Shown here: positions 1 through 9,549 of the stretch, one piece after another | How the letters are laid out: each line of letters begins with the position of its first letter | Position numbering within the stretch: the stretch's first letter is position 1 | Source of the DNA: a virus | Taxonomy: Duplodnaviria; Caudoviricetes | Reading direction: 5' to 3' (one strand) | DNA length: 59,121 nt | Virus record (IMG/VR): IMGVR_UViG_3300025154_000106 | Span: 1 to 59,121 of that record | The notes under the pieces: generated by a model | Databases searched by the model: none | Seen by the model: the letters and a program-made list of their open reading frames with translations, nothing else | What the model was told of the DNA's origin: nothing | Program-made: the position numbers and the translations under genes

Positions 1-1341
1 ACTGTACCGATCCTTGAGCTTTCCATCATCAATAAGATCATGGAGAGTGGAGTAAAGATTGATGAAAGAATGAAAGAAGTTCCTGTGTGGATGGCACAGA
101 TCAAACAACAGGCTAACGCCGAAGGTTTTGATACATGGGAAAAGAATAAAGATACTATTGTAGATGCCCACTGGAAATATTGGGAACAGGTTATCTTCCA
201 ACCTTATATGGATGGACTGAAAGGTTTGAACATGTATGACTCCCAGCTGTACAAGATGAACTGGGAAGCTGGATACCGTGAACCTACTAAGGAAGAAGTC
301 ATAGCCTGGATACAGAAAGAATATGGCAAGACCAAGTTTACAAAGGATGAGATAGCAGCTGAGGTAGGTAACGTTGGCTACATCAAACCAGAGGACAGGC
401 TAGTATCTGGTAAGAATGAAATCGAAAAGAGTATTGGTGATGTGTACGAAATTATAGCCAGTGCCGGGCCTAGCGTGGGTGAGGATTACAAGAACTTTAT
501 GAAGGCCTTCAAATCCCTGGGTGGTACAGACGAGGAATGGGACAGGTTCTACTATGCTGGAGACAATGTTGAATTGTGGAAAGATGTAGATGAGTACACA
601 GAGTTCTTACGCAAGGTAAAGTTAGCTGCTCTCAAAGCTGAAATACCTCCTGCTTCCAAAGAAAGATTAGAGGAATTCTCTCAGGTAAGGAAGGAAAATG
701 ATCAGTTCAGATTAGACGTAGAGAAGCAGTTAGGTAATGATGTCTGGGATTTGATGGGTGAATACTATGATCTGAGCACAGCTGAACGTGCAGTGTACAG
801 AAAAGAAAACCCGGATGAGTACTACAAGATCTCTCAGTACTATACGTTGAAAGATGTGTATGCAACTGAGCACCAACTGTGGGCTTCTTACTACCACCCA
901 GATTTTGATGGAACATTAGGTTCAACATCCAGTGGTAGTACTGGTGGAAACTATTCAGCTGGGGGTTACTCGGGGTCGGGTGGTTACTCATCCAGCTCGA
1001 AGGGTTACTCCTCAAGTTACTATGAATACAAACGTTCACCCCTTGCTGATGCTTTCCTGCCAATGGGTAAGAGAAGTAGACAGTCAGGTATGGACTTAGT
1101 AGTATATGGAATGGGTAAGGGTGGCGTAACCAGAGCACCATGGTGGCCACAGGAATTATTGGAAAAGCTACACCCGGCAGCAGTTCAACAAATACAGACT
1201 GGACAGGTAACACAGGCTGGGCTGGACTACTTGAATAGTGTAGCAGAGTCGACCCCTGAGTATTCCAAAGTAATCAGGGATAACCTAAAACTTTTAGGGT
1301 TCGGAACGGAAGCTCGCAAGAACTTACCGATGATGAAATAG
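1..1341 (+). CDS. 5'-truncated ORF, probably the C-terminus of the giant internal virion/polyvalent protein
   Basis: Frame is open from base 1. Helical/acidic composition with a Gly/Ser/Tyr linker. Sits directly before scaffold and capsid genes, as expected if it continues the ORF starting at 51012. Confidence 0.7.
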   Translation, partial: TVPILELSIINKIMESGVKIDERMKEVPVWMAQIKQQANAEGFDTWEKNKDTIVDAHWKYWEQVIFQPYMDGLKGLNMYDSQLYKMNWEAGYREPTKEEVIAWIQKEYGKTKFTKDEIAAEVGNVGYIKPEDRLVSGKNEIEKSIGDVYEIIASAGPSVGEDYKNFMKAFKSLGGTDEEWDRFYYAGDNVELWKDVDEYTEFLRKVKLAALKAEIPPASKERLEEFSQVRKENDQFRLDVEKQLGNDVWDLMGEYYDLSTAERAVYRKENPDEYYKISQYYTLKDVYATEHQLWASYYHPDFDGTLGSTSSGSTGGNYSAGGYSGSGGYSSSSKGYSSSYYEYKRSPLADAFLPMGKRSRQSGMDLVVYGMGKGGVTRAPWWPQELLEKLHPAAVQQIQTGQVTQAGLDYLNSVAESTPEYSKVIRDNLKLLGFGTEARKNLPMMK

Positions 1342-1351
1342 TGAAATACTA

Positions 1352-1381
1352 TTGACAAGCGTAGAACAAATATTTTATAAT
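1352..1381 (+). promoter_or_regulatory. Consensus sigma70/sigmaA promoter for the scaffold-capsid operon
   Basis: TTGACA (1352-1357), 18-bp spacer, TATAAT (1376-1381), then GGAG RBS and ATG at 1400. Confidence 0.75.
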
Positions 1382-1399
1382 AAACAAATAGGAGAACTA

Positions 1400-2167
1400 A
1401 TGACAATTGAAAATCAGGTTGCAGATTTGAGTAATGAAGTAAAGCCCCAGACTGTGGAAGCAGTGCAGGGTACAGGTGGAGCTGCAGGGTCGGTGACCAC
1501 CCAACCATTACCAGATGCCGGATCAGATAATAAGTTGGAAGTTTTGGAAAAGACTTTACAGGCACGTGAACAGGACATAAATAAGTTGAAATCAACTTAT
1601 GATAAGCAGATGGCACAAACCAAAAAACAGTTCGAGGAACAACAACGACAACTCGAAGAAGAACTGCGTAAAGTCAAGATGTCGGGAATGACTGATGAGC
1701 AAAAGCTACAATTTGAACGACAGTTAGAATTAGAACAAGCTCAACAGTGGCGAGAGGAAGCACTAAGACTAAAGCGTGAAAAGGAAGAAGCAGAAATTTC
1801 AGCTAACTACGCTCAATACTTTATTGAGAATGGTGTACCGAAAGAGAAGCTGGTTACCAACGCTGGTGTCGATGCACTTGTACAGTCTGGATGGGAAGGT
1901 ATCACACACGAACTGAACTCATTGAAGACTAAAGTTTCTGAGTATGAAAAGAAACTAACCCAGGGTACTGTACTCGAACAACCTCAAGCTAACCAACCCC
2001 AACAGCCAATTCAACAACGGTCTCCAATTACTGATACCCCGTCTCCAACCTCCAGGTCATGGACTTGGACAGATGTCATAGACAAGTATGGCTCTGTTGA
2101 TGAATACTTCAACAAGGTTGAAAGACAGGAAATTTCGCCAGTACCACTGGTGCAACCCAAACGATAA
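1400..2167 (+). CDS. Capsid scaffolding protein
   Basis: Glu/Gln/Lys coiled coil immediately upstream of the major capsid protein. GGAG RBS supports ATG 1400 over the ORF-track TTG start. Confidence 0.7.
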   Translation: MTIENQVADLSNEVKPQTVEAVQGTGGAAGSVTTQPLPDAGSDNKLEVLEKTLQAREQDINKLKSTYDKQMAQTKKQFEEQQRQLEEELRKVKMSGMTDEQKLQFERQLELEQAQQWREEALRLKREKEEAEISANYAQYFIENGVPKEKLVTNAGVDALVQSGWEGITHELNSLKTKVSEYEKKLTQGTVLEQPQANQPQQPIQQRSPITDTPSPTSRSWTWTDVIDKYGSVDEYFNKVERQEISPVPLVQPKR

Positions 2168-2183
2168 ACCTTGGAGGTAAATC

Positions 2184-3185
2184 ATGGCTATTGATACTTC
2201 AACTCTTTCCGACGCGGTTAAGGCAGCTTACGAGATGAGGCTGTTGACACGTGCAATTCCACGTTACGTACATGGTAGATGGGCTATGAAAGCCCGCATT
2301 TCCAAACGTGGAACGTATGAAGTTAGGCGTTACGGTTCTCTCTCAGCAAACACCACAGCTCTAACTGAAGGTACGACCCCTGCTGAAACTGCTACCCCAA
2401 CTCCCACTTTGATTACAATGACACCAGCTTTCTACGGAAGTTGGATGTCCTTTACTGACCTGGCAGATCTCGAAATCATTGATCCCATTCTGTCAGAAAT
2501 GTCAAGTATTCTTGGTGAACAGGCAGGTCTTTCTGCTGACACACTGGTTCGTAATGAACTGAATACTTATGCAACTATTGATTACTCTGCTGGTCAATCA
2601 GCTGTAGCCAGTCTTGACGCTCCTGCTCACAACATTTCCTATGCGGATATTGTTGAACAGTATGCTGCGTTAGAGGCTTCCTCAGCTCTGCCAGTAGATG
2701 GAGAAGACTTCATCCTCATCCTGCACCCACACTCATGGGCATCATTGATCTTAGATCCTACATTCGTGAACATGTTCATTCAGGAATCCCCCAACTCTGC
2801 TATTCGTAGTGGCTATGTTGGTCGCATTCTTCGTATGAAAATCTTCGTTTCGTCCAATGCCTATGAATGGGCAGACGTTGGTGTAGGAAGTACTACAGAT
2901 GTTTACTCAGCCCTCTTTATTGCCAAAGAATCCTATGCGATCCTTGGTCTGAGCGGTATTGAAGAACCCAAAGATGTAGATAATCAGGGTGACAATGGTA
3001 AACCTCTTACTGGACAACAGATCAAACCCGTTGAGATCATTATGAAACAAGTAGGATCTGCTGGTTCGTCCGATCCTTTGAACCAACGTGGTTCATTGGC
3101 TTGGAAAATGACATTGACTCCTGAGGTTTTGAATGCTGACTGGATTCGCTGCATGAAGCACACCAATATCTTCTCAGATTCCTAA
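2184..3185 (+). CDS. Major capsid protein, N4-gp56-like (HK97 fold)
   Basis: 333 aa with LTEGTTP, LGEQAG and C-terminal DPLNQRGSLAWK motifs typical of this family. GGAGG RBS. Confidence 0.88.
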   Translation: MAIDTSTLSDAVKAAYEMRLLTRAIPRYVHGRWAMKARISKRGTYEVRRYGSLSANTTALTEGTTPAETATPTPTLITMTPAFYGSWMSFTDLADLEIIDPILSEMSSILGEQAGLSADTLVRNELNTYATIDYSAGQSAVASLDAPAHNISYADIVEQYAALEASSALPVDGEDFILILHPHSWASLILDPTFVNMFIQESPNSAIRSGYVGRILRMKIFVSSNAYEWADVGVGSTTDVYSALFIAKESYAILGLSGIEEPKDVDNQGDNGKPLTGQQIKPVEIIMKQVGSAGSSDPLNQRGSLAWKMTLTPEVLNADWIRCMKHTNIFSDS

Positions 3186-3213
3186 TCAGTGATTGATATA
3201 AAGGAGGCTTACT

Positions 3214-3642
3214 ATGGCAATTGAAATCCTGAAACCACCTCCGTTCATCCCTGGACAAGGGATGTCGGAGCTAATGAAAGACGTTGTACGTATTGCATAC
3301 TCGACTACACTGGCGGTAAGTACTACAATGTCCACAGCTATAGAACTCTTTAAAGTTCCTGCCAATACCTTGATTCTTCAGGTTGGTGCAGAAGTTACTA
3401 CCACATTTGATGGTGGCTCTAGTGATGTGGGTTTGACCATCGGAGATTCCGATGATGCAGACGCACTCTTAACACTGGAACTGTCCAGCTTATTGGTTAC
3501 TACTGGTGGAACTTTATTGAAAAACTATACAGCTGCTCAAGCTATTCTCGCTTACTTTACACCTGGTGAAGGTGTTACTGGTGGGCTGAGAGTTTGGGCA
3601 ACATTCAAAACCGATTCAAATACGCAAGAAATTGCGGAGTGA
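3214..3642 (+). CDS. Putative capsid decoration/cement protein
   Basis: Small beta-rich protein after the major capsid gene. Shares (L/F)T(I/V)GDSDDxD with the next gene. Confidence 0.55.
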   Translation: MAIEILKPPPFIPGQGMSELMKDVVRIAYSTTLAVSTTMSTAIELFKVPANTLILQVGAEVTTTFDGGSSDVGLTIGDSDDADALLTLELSSLLVTTGGTLLKNYTAAQAILAYFTPGEGVTGGLRVWATFKTDSNTQEIAE

Positions 3643-3650
3643 GGTGAACT

Positions 3651-4106
3651 ATGACATATAAAATAATTCCAGCTCCTGGAGATCCCTACGCCCCGAAGGT
3701 GGGGATTGATGTCGTGCGAGTTGCCAAGGTTTCTGTTGGAAGCCCCGGTTCAACTGCTTTTGATGTCGTGCTGTCTGGTGAAATAGCAGCTACTCCTATT
3801 TTCTCTGTTGGTGCTAATGTGATGGTGCATGACTTACTTGCAAAAGTGGTTACTGCATACACAGCATCTGCAGCTTTTACTGTTGGTGATAGTGATGATG
3901 TCGATGGATACATGGCTGCTGTTGATTTGATTTGTACCGTAATTTCTTCCGAACTGCGGTCATCTAAATCTTCAACTACATTAGCCACAGTGTATGGCAT
4001 GGGTAAGATCTACAGTGCTGCACAGACCATTGATGTTACCGCTGGTGCGACATTCGCTGTTGGGCAAATGGATTGCTATTTGCTCTACTCGGTTGTCTCA
4101 ACCTAA
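3651..4106 (+). CDS. Putative capsid decoration protein, paralog of 3214-3642
   Basis: Shared DVVR(I/V)A, VxTx(F/Y) and GDSDDxD motifs, and a C-terminal Y(T/S)AAQxI. Confidence 0.55.
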   Translation: MTYKIIPAPGDPYAPKVGIDVVRVAKVSVGSPGSTAFDVVLSGEIAATPIFSVGANVMVHDLLAKVVTAYTASAAFTVGDSDDVDGYMAAVDLICTVISSELRSSKSSTTLATVYGMGKIYSAAQTIDVTAGATFAVGQMDCYLLYSVVST

Positions 4107-4120
4107 AGTAACGGTTACTT
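4106..4120. repeat. Dispersed palindrome AAGTAAC-G-GTTACTT
   Basis: Perfect 15-bp palindrome with a 1-bp centre. One of 11 matches to AAGYAAC-N-GTTRCTT. Confidence 0.9.
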
Positions 4121-4128
4121 AATCAAAT

Positions 4129-4160
4129 AGGGCAGGGTAGTATCTTTATCCTGCCCTTTT
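4129..4160 (+). terminator. Rho-independent terminator after the capsid genes
   Basis: AGGGCAGG...CCTGCCCT stem followed by a T-tract. Confidence 0.8.
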
Positions 4161-4181
4161 ATTAGTTCAAAGAAGGGAAGT

Positions 4182-5099
4182 ATGGAAGAGAAAAAAGTTT
4201 GTCTGATTGGTTTTGCTAAAACTACCCGTCATCTCGCACCTTGGGATGATACATCGTATGAATTTTGGGGCTGTAACGAAGGATACGTACAGGACTTCCC
4301 TAAGATAGATAGATGGTTTCAGATTCACATTTTTGAATCCTTCAGTCGGGCAGAGAATCCAAACGATCCTAACCATTTCAAGTGGTTGCAACAAGAACAT
4401 CCATTTGAAATCTACATGAAGCGTAAATTCCAATTTGCCCCCTCGTCTGTTGGTTATCCACTGGATGAATTAGTAATGATGTTTGGGCGTAGATATTTTA
4501 GATCTTCATTTGATTACATGATAGCCATGGCTTTAGCAGAGGGATATACTACCATTGGTGTGTATGGTTTCGAGATGGCAAGTGGGACAGAGTACGAATA
4601 CCAACGCCCCTCAGCAGAATATTGGATAGGTAGAGCAGAGGGCATGGGAGTAAAGATAGAACTTCCCCTCAATGCAAACCTGCTTCGAGGTACATTATAT
4701 GGGATGGAAGATACCTCAGTTGGATTCAGACAACAACTAGAACTTAGAAAGGGTATTCTACTGACACAGCAACGAGATGAAACTGCTCATTTCAATCGTT
4801 TACATGGAGCTATGATAGAGCTTGAGGGAATAAAGAATGCTACACTATTGAACCCAAACCAGCCAATGGATATTGGCATCTTGATTAATGAGCGTCAAGC
4901 ACAGATGATAGAGAAGACAGCTTTACTAAACCTACTCAATGGTGCTAAACTAGAAGTAGAAACTATGATCAATATTTTTGATGGACATAGTGGAACAACA
5001 GCAGTAGAAGAAAAGGAGAAAGATGACGACAAGAAAAAAGAAATCAGTGAACAACACAGCGGAGCAGATGGAACGCCTGAACAGTCAGGTAAGGCTTGA
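4182..5099 (+). CDS. Rossmann-like protein resembling MptE-like/DUF115/sialyltransferase folds, with a C-terminal coiled coil
   Basis: KVCLIG, WGCN, SS..YMIAMAL.EGYTTIGVYGFEM motifs. Confidence 0.45.
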   Translation: MEEKKVCLIGFAKTTRHLAPWDDTSYEFWGCNEGYVQDFPKIDRWFQIHIFESFSRAENPNDPNHFKWLQQEHPFEIYMKRKFQFAPSSVGYPLDELVMMFGRRYFRSSFDYMIAMALAEGYTTIGVYGFEMASGTEYEYQRPSAEYWIGRAEGMGVKIELPLNANLLRGTLYGMEDTSVGFRQQLELRKGILLTQQRDETAHFNRLHGAMIELEGIKNATLLNPNQPMDIGILINERQAQMIEKTALLNLLNGAKLEVETMINIFDGHSGTTAVEEKEKDDDKKKEISEQHSGADGTPEQSGKA

Positions 5100-5811
5100 C
5101 GGTAAAGGTGAAGATCCAGTAATCCAGGCTGTATTGTCAGACGACTTTGCCAATGCTAAAAACTCTGAGGCTATTGAGATAGCTCTCATGCTTCAGCAGT
5201 TGATACGTGGGCAGAACTCTATGCTCAGCCAGCAAGAACAATTGAATGAAGAGCTGAGTAAACTGCGTGGTAGGATGGATGGCTACGACAAGGATGCTAA
5301 GAAGTGGAATGATAACAGAGAAGATTTCATTAAGGAACAGCTAGAAAAGGCAGAGGACTTACGAATATCAGATCCCAAAGAACGGGAACGATTGCTAGCC
5401 AGAGAAGCCCAGCATGTACAGGCTACCATACAGAAAAAAATGGCAGAGAACGCAGTAGAGAAGATGAGGTTTGACGGATTGCTGAAAAGTATGCCAACGG
5501 AAATTATTCTACCTATGGGCAGGATCGTTACGGTAAATGATAACGGTGTAGTACAGCAACGAGTTGAGTCAGAAGTAATCAAGATCAAACACAGGACATG
5601 GGTATTACAGCCGGGTGTCCCTACTGAAGTTCCCAAGCTGGTAGCTGATGAATGGAAAGCAAGGAACAAAATGCAAATGGAAAATGCAGAGAGGAAAGCC
5701 CTATTGAATGCTAACGCCCCCAAAGATAACATGGTAGTAGCACAGAAATGGGGAGAGATAAATAAAAAGTATGGCTCAGCTGCTGATCAATTCAGGGCTG
5801 ACGAGAGATAA
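5023..5811 (+). CDS. Hypothetical coiled-coil protein in the head-tail region
   Basis: 262-aa ORF with AAGGAG RBS, overlapping the upstream gene. Confidence 0.6.
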   Translation: MTTRKKKSVNNTAEQMERLNSQVRLDGKGEDPVIQAVLSDDFANAKNSEAIEIALMLQQLIRGQNSMLSQQEQLNEELSKLRGRMDGYDKDAKKWNDNREDFIKEQLEKAEDLRISDPKERERLLAREAQHVQATIQKKMAENAVEKMRFDGLLKSMPTEIILPMGRIVTVNDNGVVQQRVESEVIKIKHRTWVLQPGVPTEVPKLVADEWKARNKMQMENAERKALLNANAPKDNMVVAQKWGEINKKYGSAADQFRADER

Positions 5812-5820
5812 GGAGATAAC

Positions 5821-6954
5821 ATGGCAAGACCTACCAAAACTAGAGCACAGTTGCGTAGAGACCTGGCGGTAAGGCTGATGATGCCTTTCGCTATCCGTAT
5901 GCCTGATGGTTATGGTACGGTCTCAGCAGCAGGAACACCTGTTCAACTTATTGATACAGTAAACTTACTGCAGCCAAATGATTTCTGGAACGGGCAGTGG
6001 GCATACATCATGGGTACTACAGACAGACTGAGGAAGGTTACAGACTTTGCTCAGACTGGATCTATTGTTACTCTTGAGTATGCCTTACCCGGAGCTTTAT
6101 CAACAGCAGATACCTACGAAATACACTCTGTATTCAATGCGATTGAGATGAACAGTGCTATCAACCAAGCTATTGAAGAAGGCTTCCCTGCTTTCTTTGA
6201 TACTATAGAAGATACCAGTCTGGTAGTACAGGAGAATAAGTTAGAGTATGATCTAACCACTTTGACCAGTCCGGCTTTCCTTTTGCATGAACTCTACATT
6301 GAGAGACCAGCAGTACGGATATATGCTACTGCAGTATCAGGAACATTCGCTACCCCTACAACTACAATCGTGTTAGACCCAGCAGACTTATCACAGGTAG
6401 ATACAAACTGGAGAATATCCTGCTATCAAGGAGCAGGAGAAGGATTGCAGGCAGCTGTTGTTACAGTAGATGATGGAACGAATACCATCACAGTTACTGC
6501 AGACCTGGGTGATATTGATGACAATGACAAGATATTATTATGGGATACCAGAGAACAATACCTTGACTGGTACAGGTTGAAGTATCAAAGATCAACCCCC
6601 AAAGAATGGCCGAGCAAGTTGCATCTTCCCAGCCCAGTAGATAGCTGGTTAGGCAGTAGATTGAAATTAGTTTATTCAACAGTCCCATCTAAACTTACAA
6701 CTGATGCAGGTACGACAGTAGTTCCTGCTGAGTACATCATGTTAGCTGCTATGGCTTCCTTGTATGGAAGTAGGGTAGCAGATAACAGAGTAGATCGACA
6801 ACGCTATGGTATGCTGCAAGAACAGTACAGGCGTGAGGCAGAGATCTACAAACAGATGCACTCCTTCCGTTCACCCCAGACTGAGATCAGACTTGAAGGT
6901 GAGGACAGAAGTTTTGAAGGGCTAAACATAGACGGGAATCCTATGGGGTGGTAG
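5821..6954 (+). CDS. Head-tail adaptor (tail tubular protein A-like) with inserted beta domains
   Basis: Starts TRAQLRRDL, central 'MNSAINQAI' helix, C-terminal 'VPAEYIMLAAMASLY' helix. Lies before the nozzle gene. Confidence 0.55.
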   Translation: MARPTKTRAQLRRDLAVRLMMPFAIRMPDGYGTVSAAGTPVQLIDTVNLLQPNDFWNGQWAYIMGTTDRLRKVTDFAQTGSIVTLEYALPGALSTADTYEIHSVFNAIEMNSAINQAIEEGFPAFFDTIEDTSLVVQENKLEYDLTTLTSPAFLLHELYIERPAVRIYATAVSGTFATPTTTIVLDPADLSQVDTNWRISCYQGAGEGLQAAVVTVDDGTNTITVTADLGDIDDNDKILLWDTREQYLDWYRLKYQRSTPKEWPSKLHLPSPVDSWLGSRLKLVYSTVPSKLTTDAGTTVVPAEYIMLAAMASLYGSRVADNRVDRQRYGMLQEQYRREAEIYKQMHSFRSPQTEIRLEGEDRSFEGLNIDGNPMGW

Positions 6955-6955
6955 T

Positions 6956-8857
6956 ATGACAACAGACTTAGGTGACATCAGTTTGGGTGGGGTCAAGTAC
7001 AGAGTAGACCTTACTTCCTACAAAGAAAAAGATTTGGCAGACTTCTCCCCAAGAGCTTCAGTTCCTGGGGGGTCAGTCAACATGGCAGAGCTGTTATTGT
7101 ATCAACCCCTGAACATGACAGACTGGCGACATGGGTATGGTTTCCTCTGGCATACAGATGCTATGGGGTACATGAGAAGCTACGGGGATATTGATACACG
7201 ACAGCCGGGTGCAGTAATGATGGCAAGTACTCCGGTAAGTATAGCTGATTCTACTAATGTATTCAAGCATGGTCTTGTAATGTTCAATAATGTTTTATAC
7301 TCATGGTATGATGGGGCAACTCATGGGGTAAGAAAATATACTTCTAGTACGTGGTCTGCTGTCTATACTACAGCCAATGTACAGTTTTGCCTTGCTACCG
7401 CAGACTACTTGTTTATTTGCCCAGAGGGGGCAAGACTACTAAAAATGAGTACAGCTGGTACTATAACTGATGCTGGTATTGGTGTGACTACAGCTGACAT
7501 TGCATGTATGGCAATTCATAATGGAAAGATTTATGCGAACCCAGAGGGCACAAACAGAATACACTATGGTACAGACCCAGAGCTAGATGACTTAGATACA
7601 CGAGAAGCTGACGACCCTGATCATATAAAGGTAGGTGGCGGACGCTATCAGATTATCAAGATGATAAGCTATGCAAACTATCTCTATGTGTTTACGGGTG
7701 ATGGGGTATACGTGGTGGGTGATGATAACATAGCCCGGAGAGTATTAGACTTTGCATCAGAAACCAGCTCACTCAATTACAGATCTGTTGTAGTGTACAA
7801 TGGCTACCTTTATTTTAATGTAGGATCAAAGTTTTACCAGTGGAATGGGGCAAGGCTTACAGACGTAACTCCCCCCAGGCTGGGTGACAGATACCCATAC
7901 TCAGAAATAAGATACTTTGGTGCTGCTGTTGCTTCAGGTGGATACCTGTATGTACTTGCTCAATGGTACAACGATGAGAGTACTTACAACCCATGGAATG
8001 GATACATAGAAGATGTCCAATCTTTATTCTCATTTGATGGGGTAGGATGGCACAAGCTGAATGACCTTTCATTTGGCTCAACTGGGCCAGTTATTATTTA
8101 CTGCCCGTTAATCTACAATGGAAACTATGGTCTATACTACAGTCTAATATCTGGTAGTGGGACAGGAACATGGCAGCTTCAAACTCCGTGGAGGAATGTC
8201 CCTCTTGCCCCCTTTGCTGCTAACCTCAGTTCAGATACTGCACCCTACCTGAAAACTCCACGATTGGATATGGGATTTCGCAGGGTACAAAAGTCTGTTC
8301 CATCCGTTTTGGTTGAGGCAGATAACTTATCTACTGTAAGTACAGAGTCAAGATACTTGGTAGTAGATTATTATGTTGATGGGTCAACTACTATTGAAAC
8401 CTTTGGAAGTGTAACAGCCAATGGAATAACAGAGCTGTTTCCCAATCAACAGGATGCAGACCCAGCCCCTACTCAAGAATTCAAGAACATGGTGCTAATG
8501 GTAAGGTTTGTAAATGCTGGTGCTCTTACTACACAGACTCCAATACTGGAAGGGCTTACTGTTAGATTCCTTATGAGACCAGATGTGTTCTATGGGTACA
8601 GCTTCGGTATTGTGGTAGCAGAGAACTATTTGTATGGAACTGAGCAAGCCAGTACAAGTGCGAAAGATCTTCGAGATGCTTTGCTTACCTTAAGAGATTC
8701 CAAAGCTCCCATTGAGTTCATAGATATTTATGGTGATACACATGATGTATACATCAGTTCTGTTAGCTTGCAGGCTCAGGAACGACATGAGAATTCTGAG
8801 GATGGGACTAATAATATTGAATCAATAATTGTAGTCAATCTAGTAGAGGCTGCCTAG
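6956..8857 (+). CDS. Tail nozzle / tail tubular protein B-like (beta-propeller)
   Basis: 633 aa with repeated blade-like motifs (xxNxxLYx). Podovirus-type gene position. Confidence 0.6.
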   Translation: MTTDLGDISLGGVKYRVDLTSYKEKDLADFSPRASVPGGSVNMAELLLYQPLNMTDWRHGYGFLWHTDAMGYMRSYGDIDTRQPGAVMMASTPVSIADSTNVFKHGLVMFNNVLYSWYDGATHGVRKYTSSTWSAVYTTANVQFCLATADYLFICPEGARLLKMSTAGTITDAGIGVTTADIACMAIHNGKIYANPEGTNRIHYGTDPELDDLDTREADDPDHIKVGGGRYQIIKMISYANYLYVFTGDGVYVVGDDNIARRVLDFASETSSLNYRSVVVYNGYLYFNVGSKFYQWNGARLTDVTPPRLGDRYPYSEIRYFGAAVASGGYLYVLAQWYNDESTYNPWNGYIEDVQSLFSFDGVGWHKLNDLSFGSTGPVIIYCPLIYNGNYGLYYSLISGSGTGTWQLQTPWRNVPLAPFAANLSSDTAPYLKTPRLDMGFRRVQKSVPSVLVEADNLSTVSTESRYLVVDYYVDGSTTIETFGSVTANGITELFPNQQDADPAPTQEFKNMVLMVRFVNAGALTTQTPILEGLTVRFLMRPDVFYGYSFGIVVAENYLYGTEQASTSAKDLRDALLTLRDSKAPIEFIDIYGDTHDVYISSVSLQAQERHENSEDGTNNIESIIVVNLVEAA

Positions 8858-8858
8858 C

Positions 8859-9548
8859 ATGGCCAAAAAAGCTGTGTTTACCCCAACAACTATCTACCCT
8901 TCTAAGTTCGGGAAGCGTAAGAAGATTCATATTCCACAGCCAGACTACCGAGATTATATTCTACGTAAGAGAGATGTAGTAAGATGGGAAGATATAAACC
9001 TTGAGGCAGACTGGCATACTGTACACAAGCGTGGGGTGAGACGGCCCAAGGTTGGAGAAGATCCACTTGAAGCCAGAGCAGTACAGAGAGAGTATGTCAA
9101 CGGTACACTACCTGAGAGAATAGTCCATCAATACTTAACTCAACATTTACACATGCAACCGGGGATAGATTTTGATTTCCAGAGTTCATTAGACGGTGGT
9201 AGGCTAGAGCTGGGTGGTATGGTAGTAGACTTCCTCTTCCGTTTTCTAAAGATTATCATACAGGTTCAAGGCCCAACGCACACACAATTCTTAAGGGCAG
9301 CCCGTGATGAAGAACAAGCAAATGAGTTGGCTCTCTGGGGCTATGATGTATTTGGATTAGACGATACTCTTATCTATGACGAGTATCTTTTCGAGGAAGC
9401 TATGCGTAGAATGTTTGCTCTGCCTGCTGGTATGGGTGGTAGTGGTGGTGCACATGGTTCTTATGAAGGTGATATAACAAATACAGAACAAGTATACATG
9501 GTCTTTCAAGAGATACAGGATAACTTAATCTTACAGTTTGGAGTGTAG
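8859..9548 (+). CDS. DUF559/Vsr-like PD-(D/E)XK nuclease-fold protein
   Basis: TLPERIV..L, VVDFL, IIIQVQG.TH, RDEEQ...L..WGYDV pattern. Confidence 0.6.
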   Translation: MAKKAVFTPTTIYPSKFGKRKKIHIPQPDYRDYILRKRDVVRWEDINLEADWHTVHKRGVRRPKVGEDPLEARAVQREYVNGTLPERIVHQYLTQHLHMQPGIDFDFQSSLDGGRLELGGMVVDFLFRFLKIIIQVQGPTHTQFLRAARDEEQANELALWGYDVFGLDDTLIYDEYLFEEAMRRMFALPAGMGGSGGAHGSYEGDITNTEQVYMVFQEIQDNLILQFGV

Positions 9549-9549
9549 T

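Noticed and set aside
1362-1377. LexA/SOS boxes (TAGAACAAATATTTTA here, and a half site near 26108-26121)
   Set aside because: Only one half matches GAAC-N4-GTTC at each site, too weak to call.
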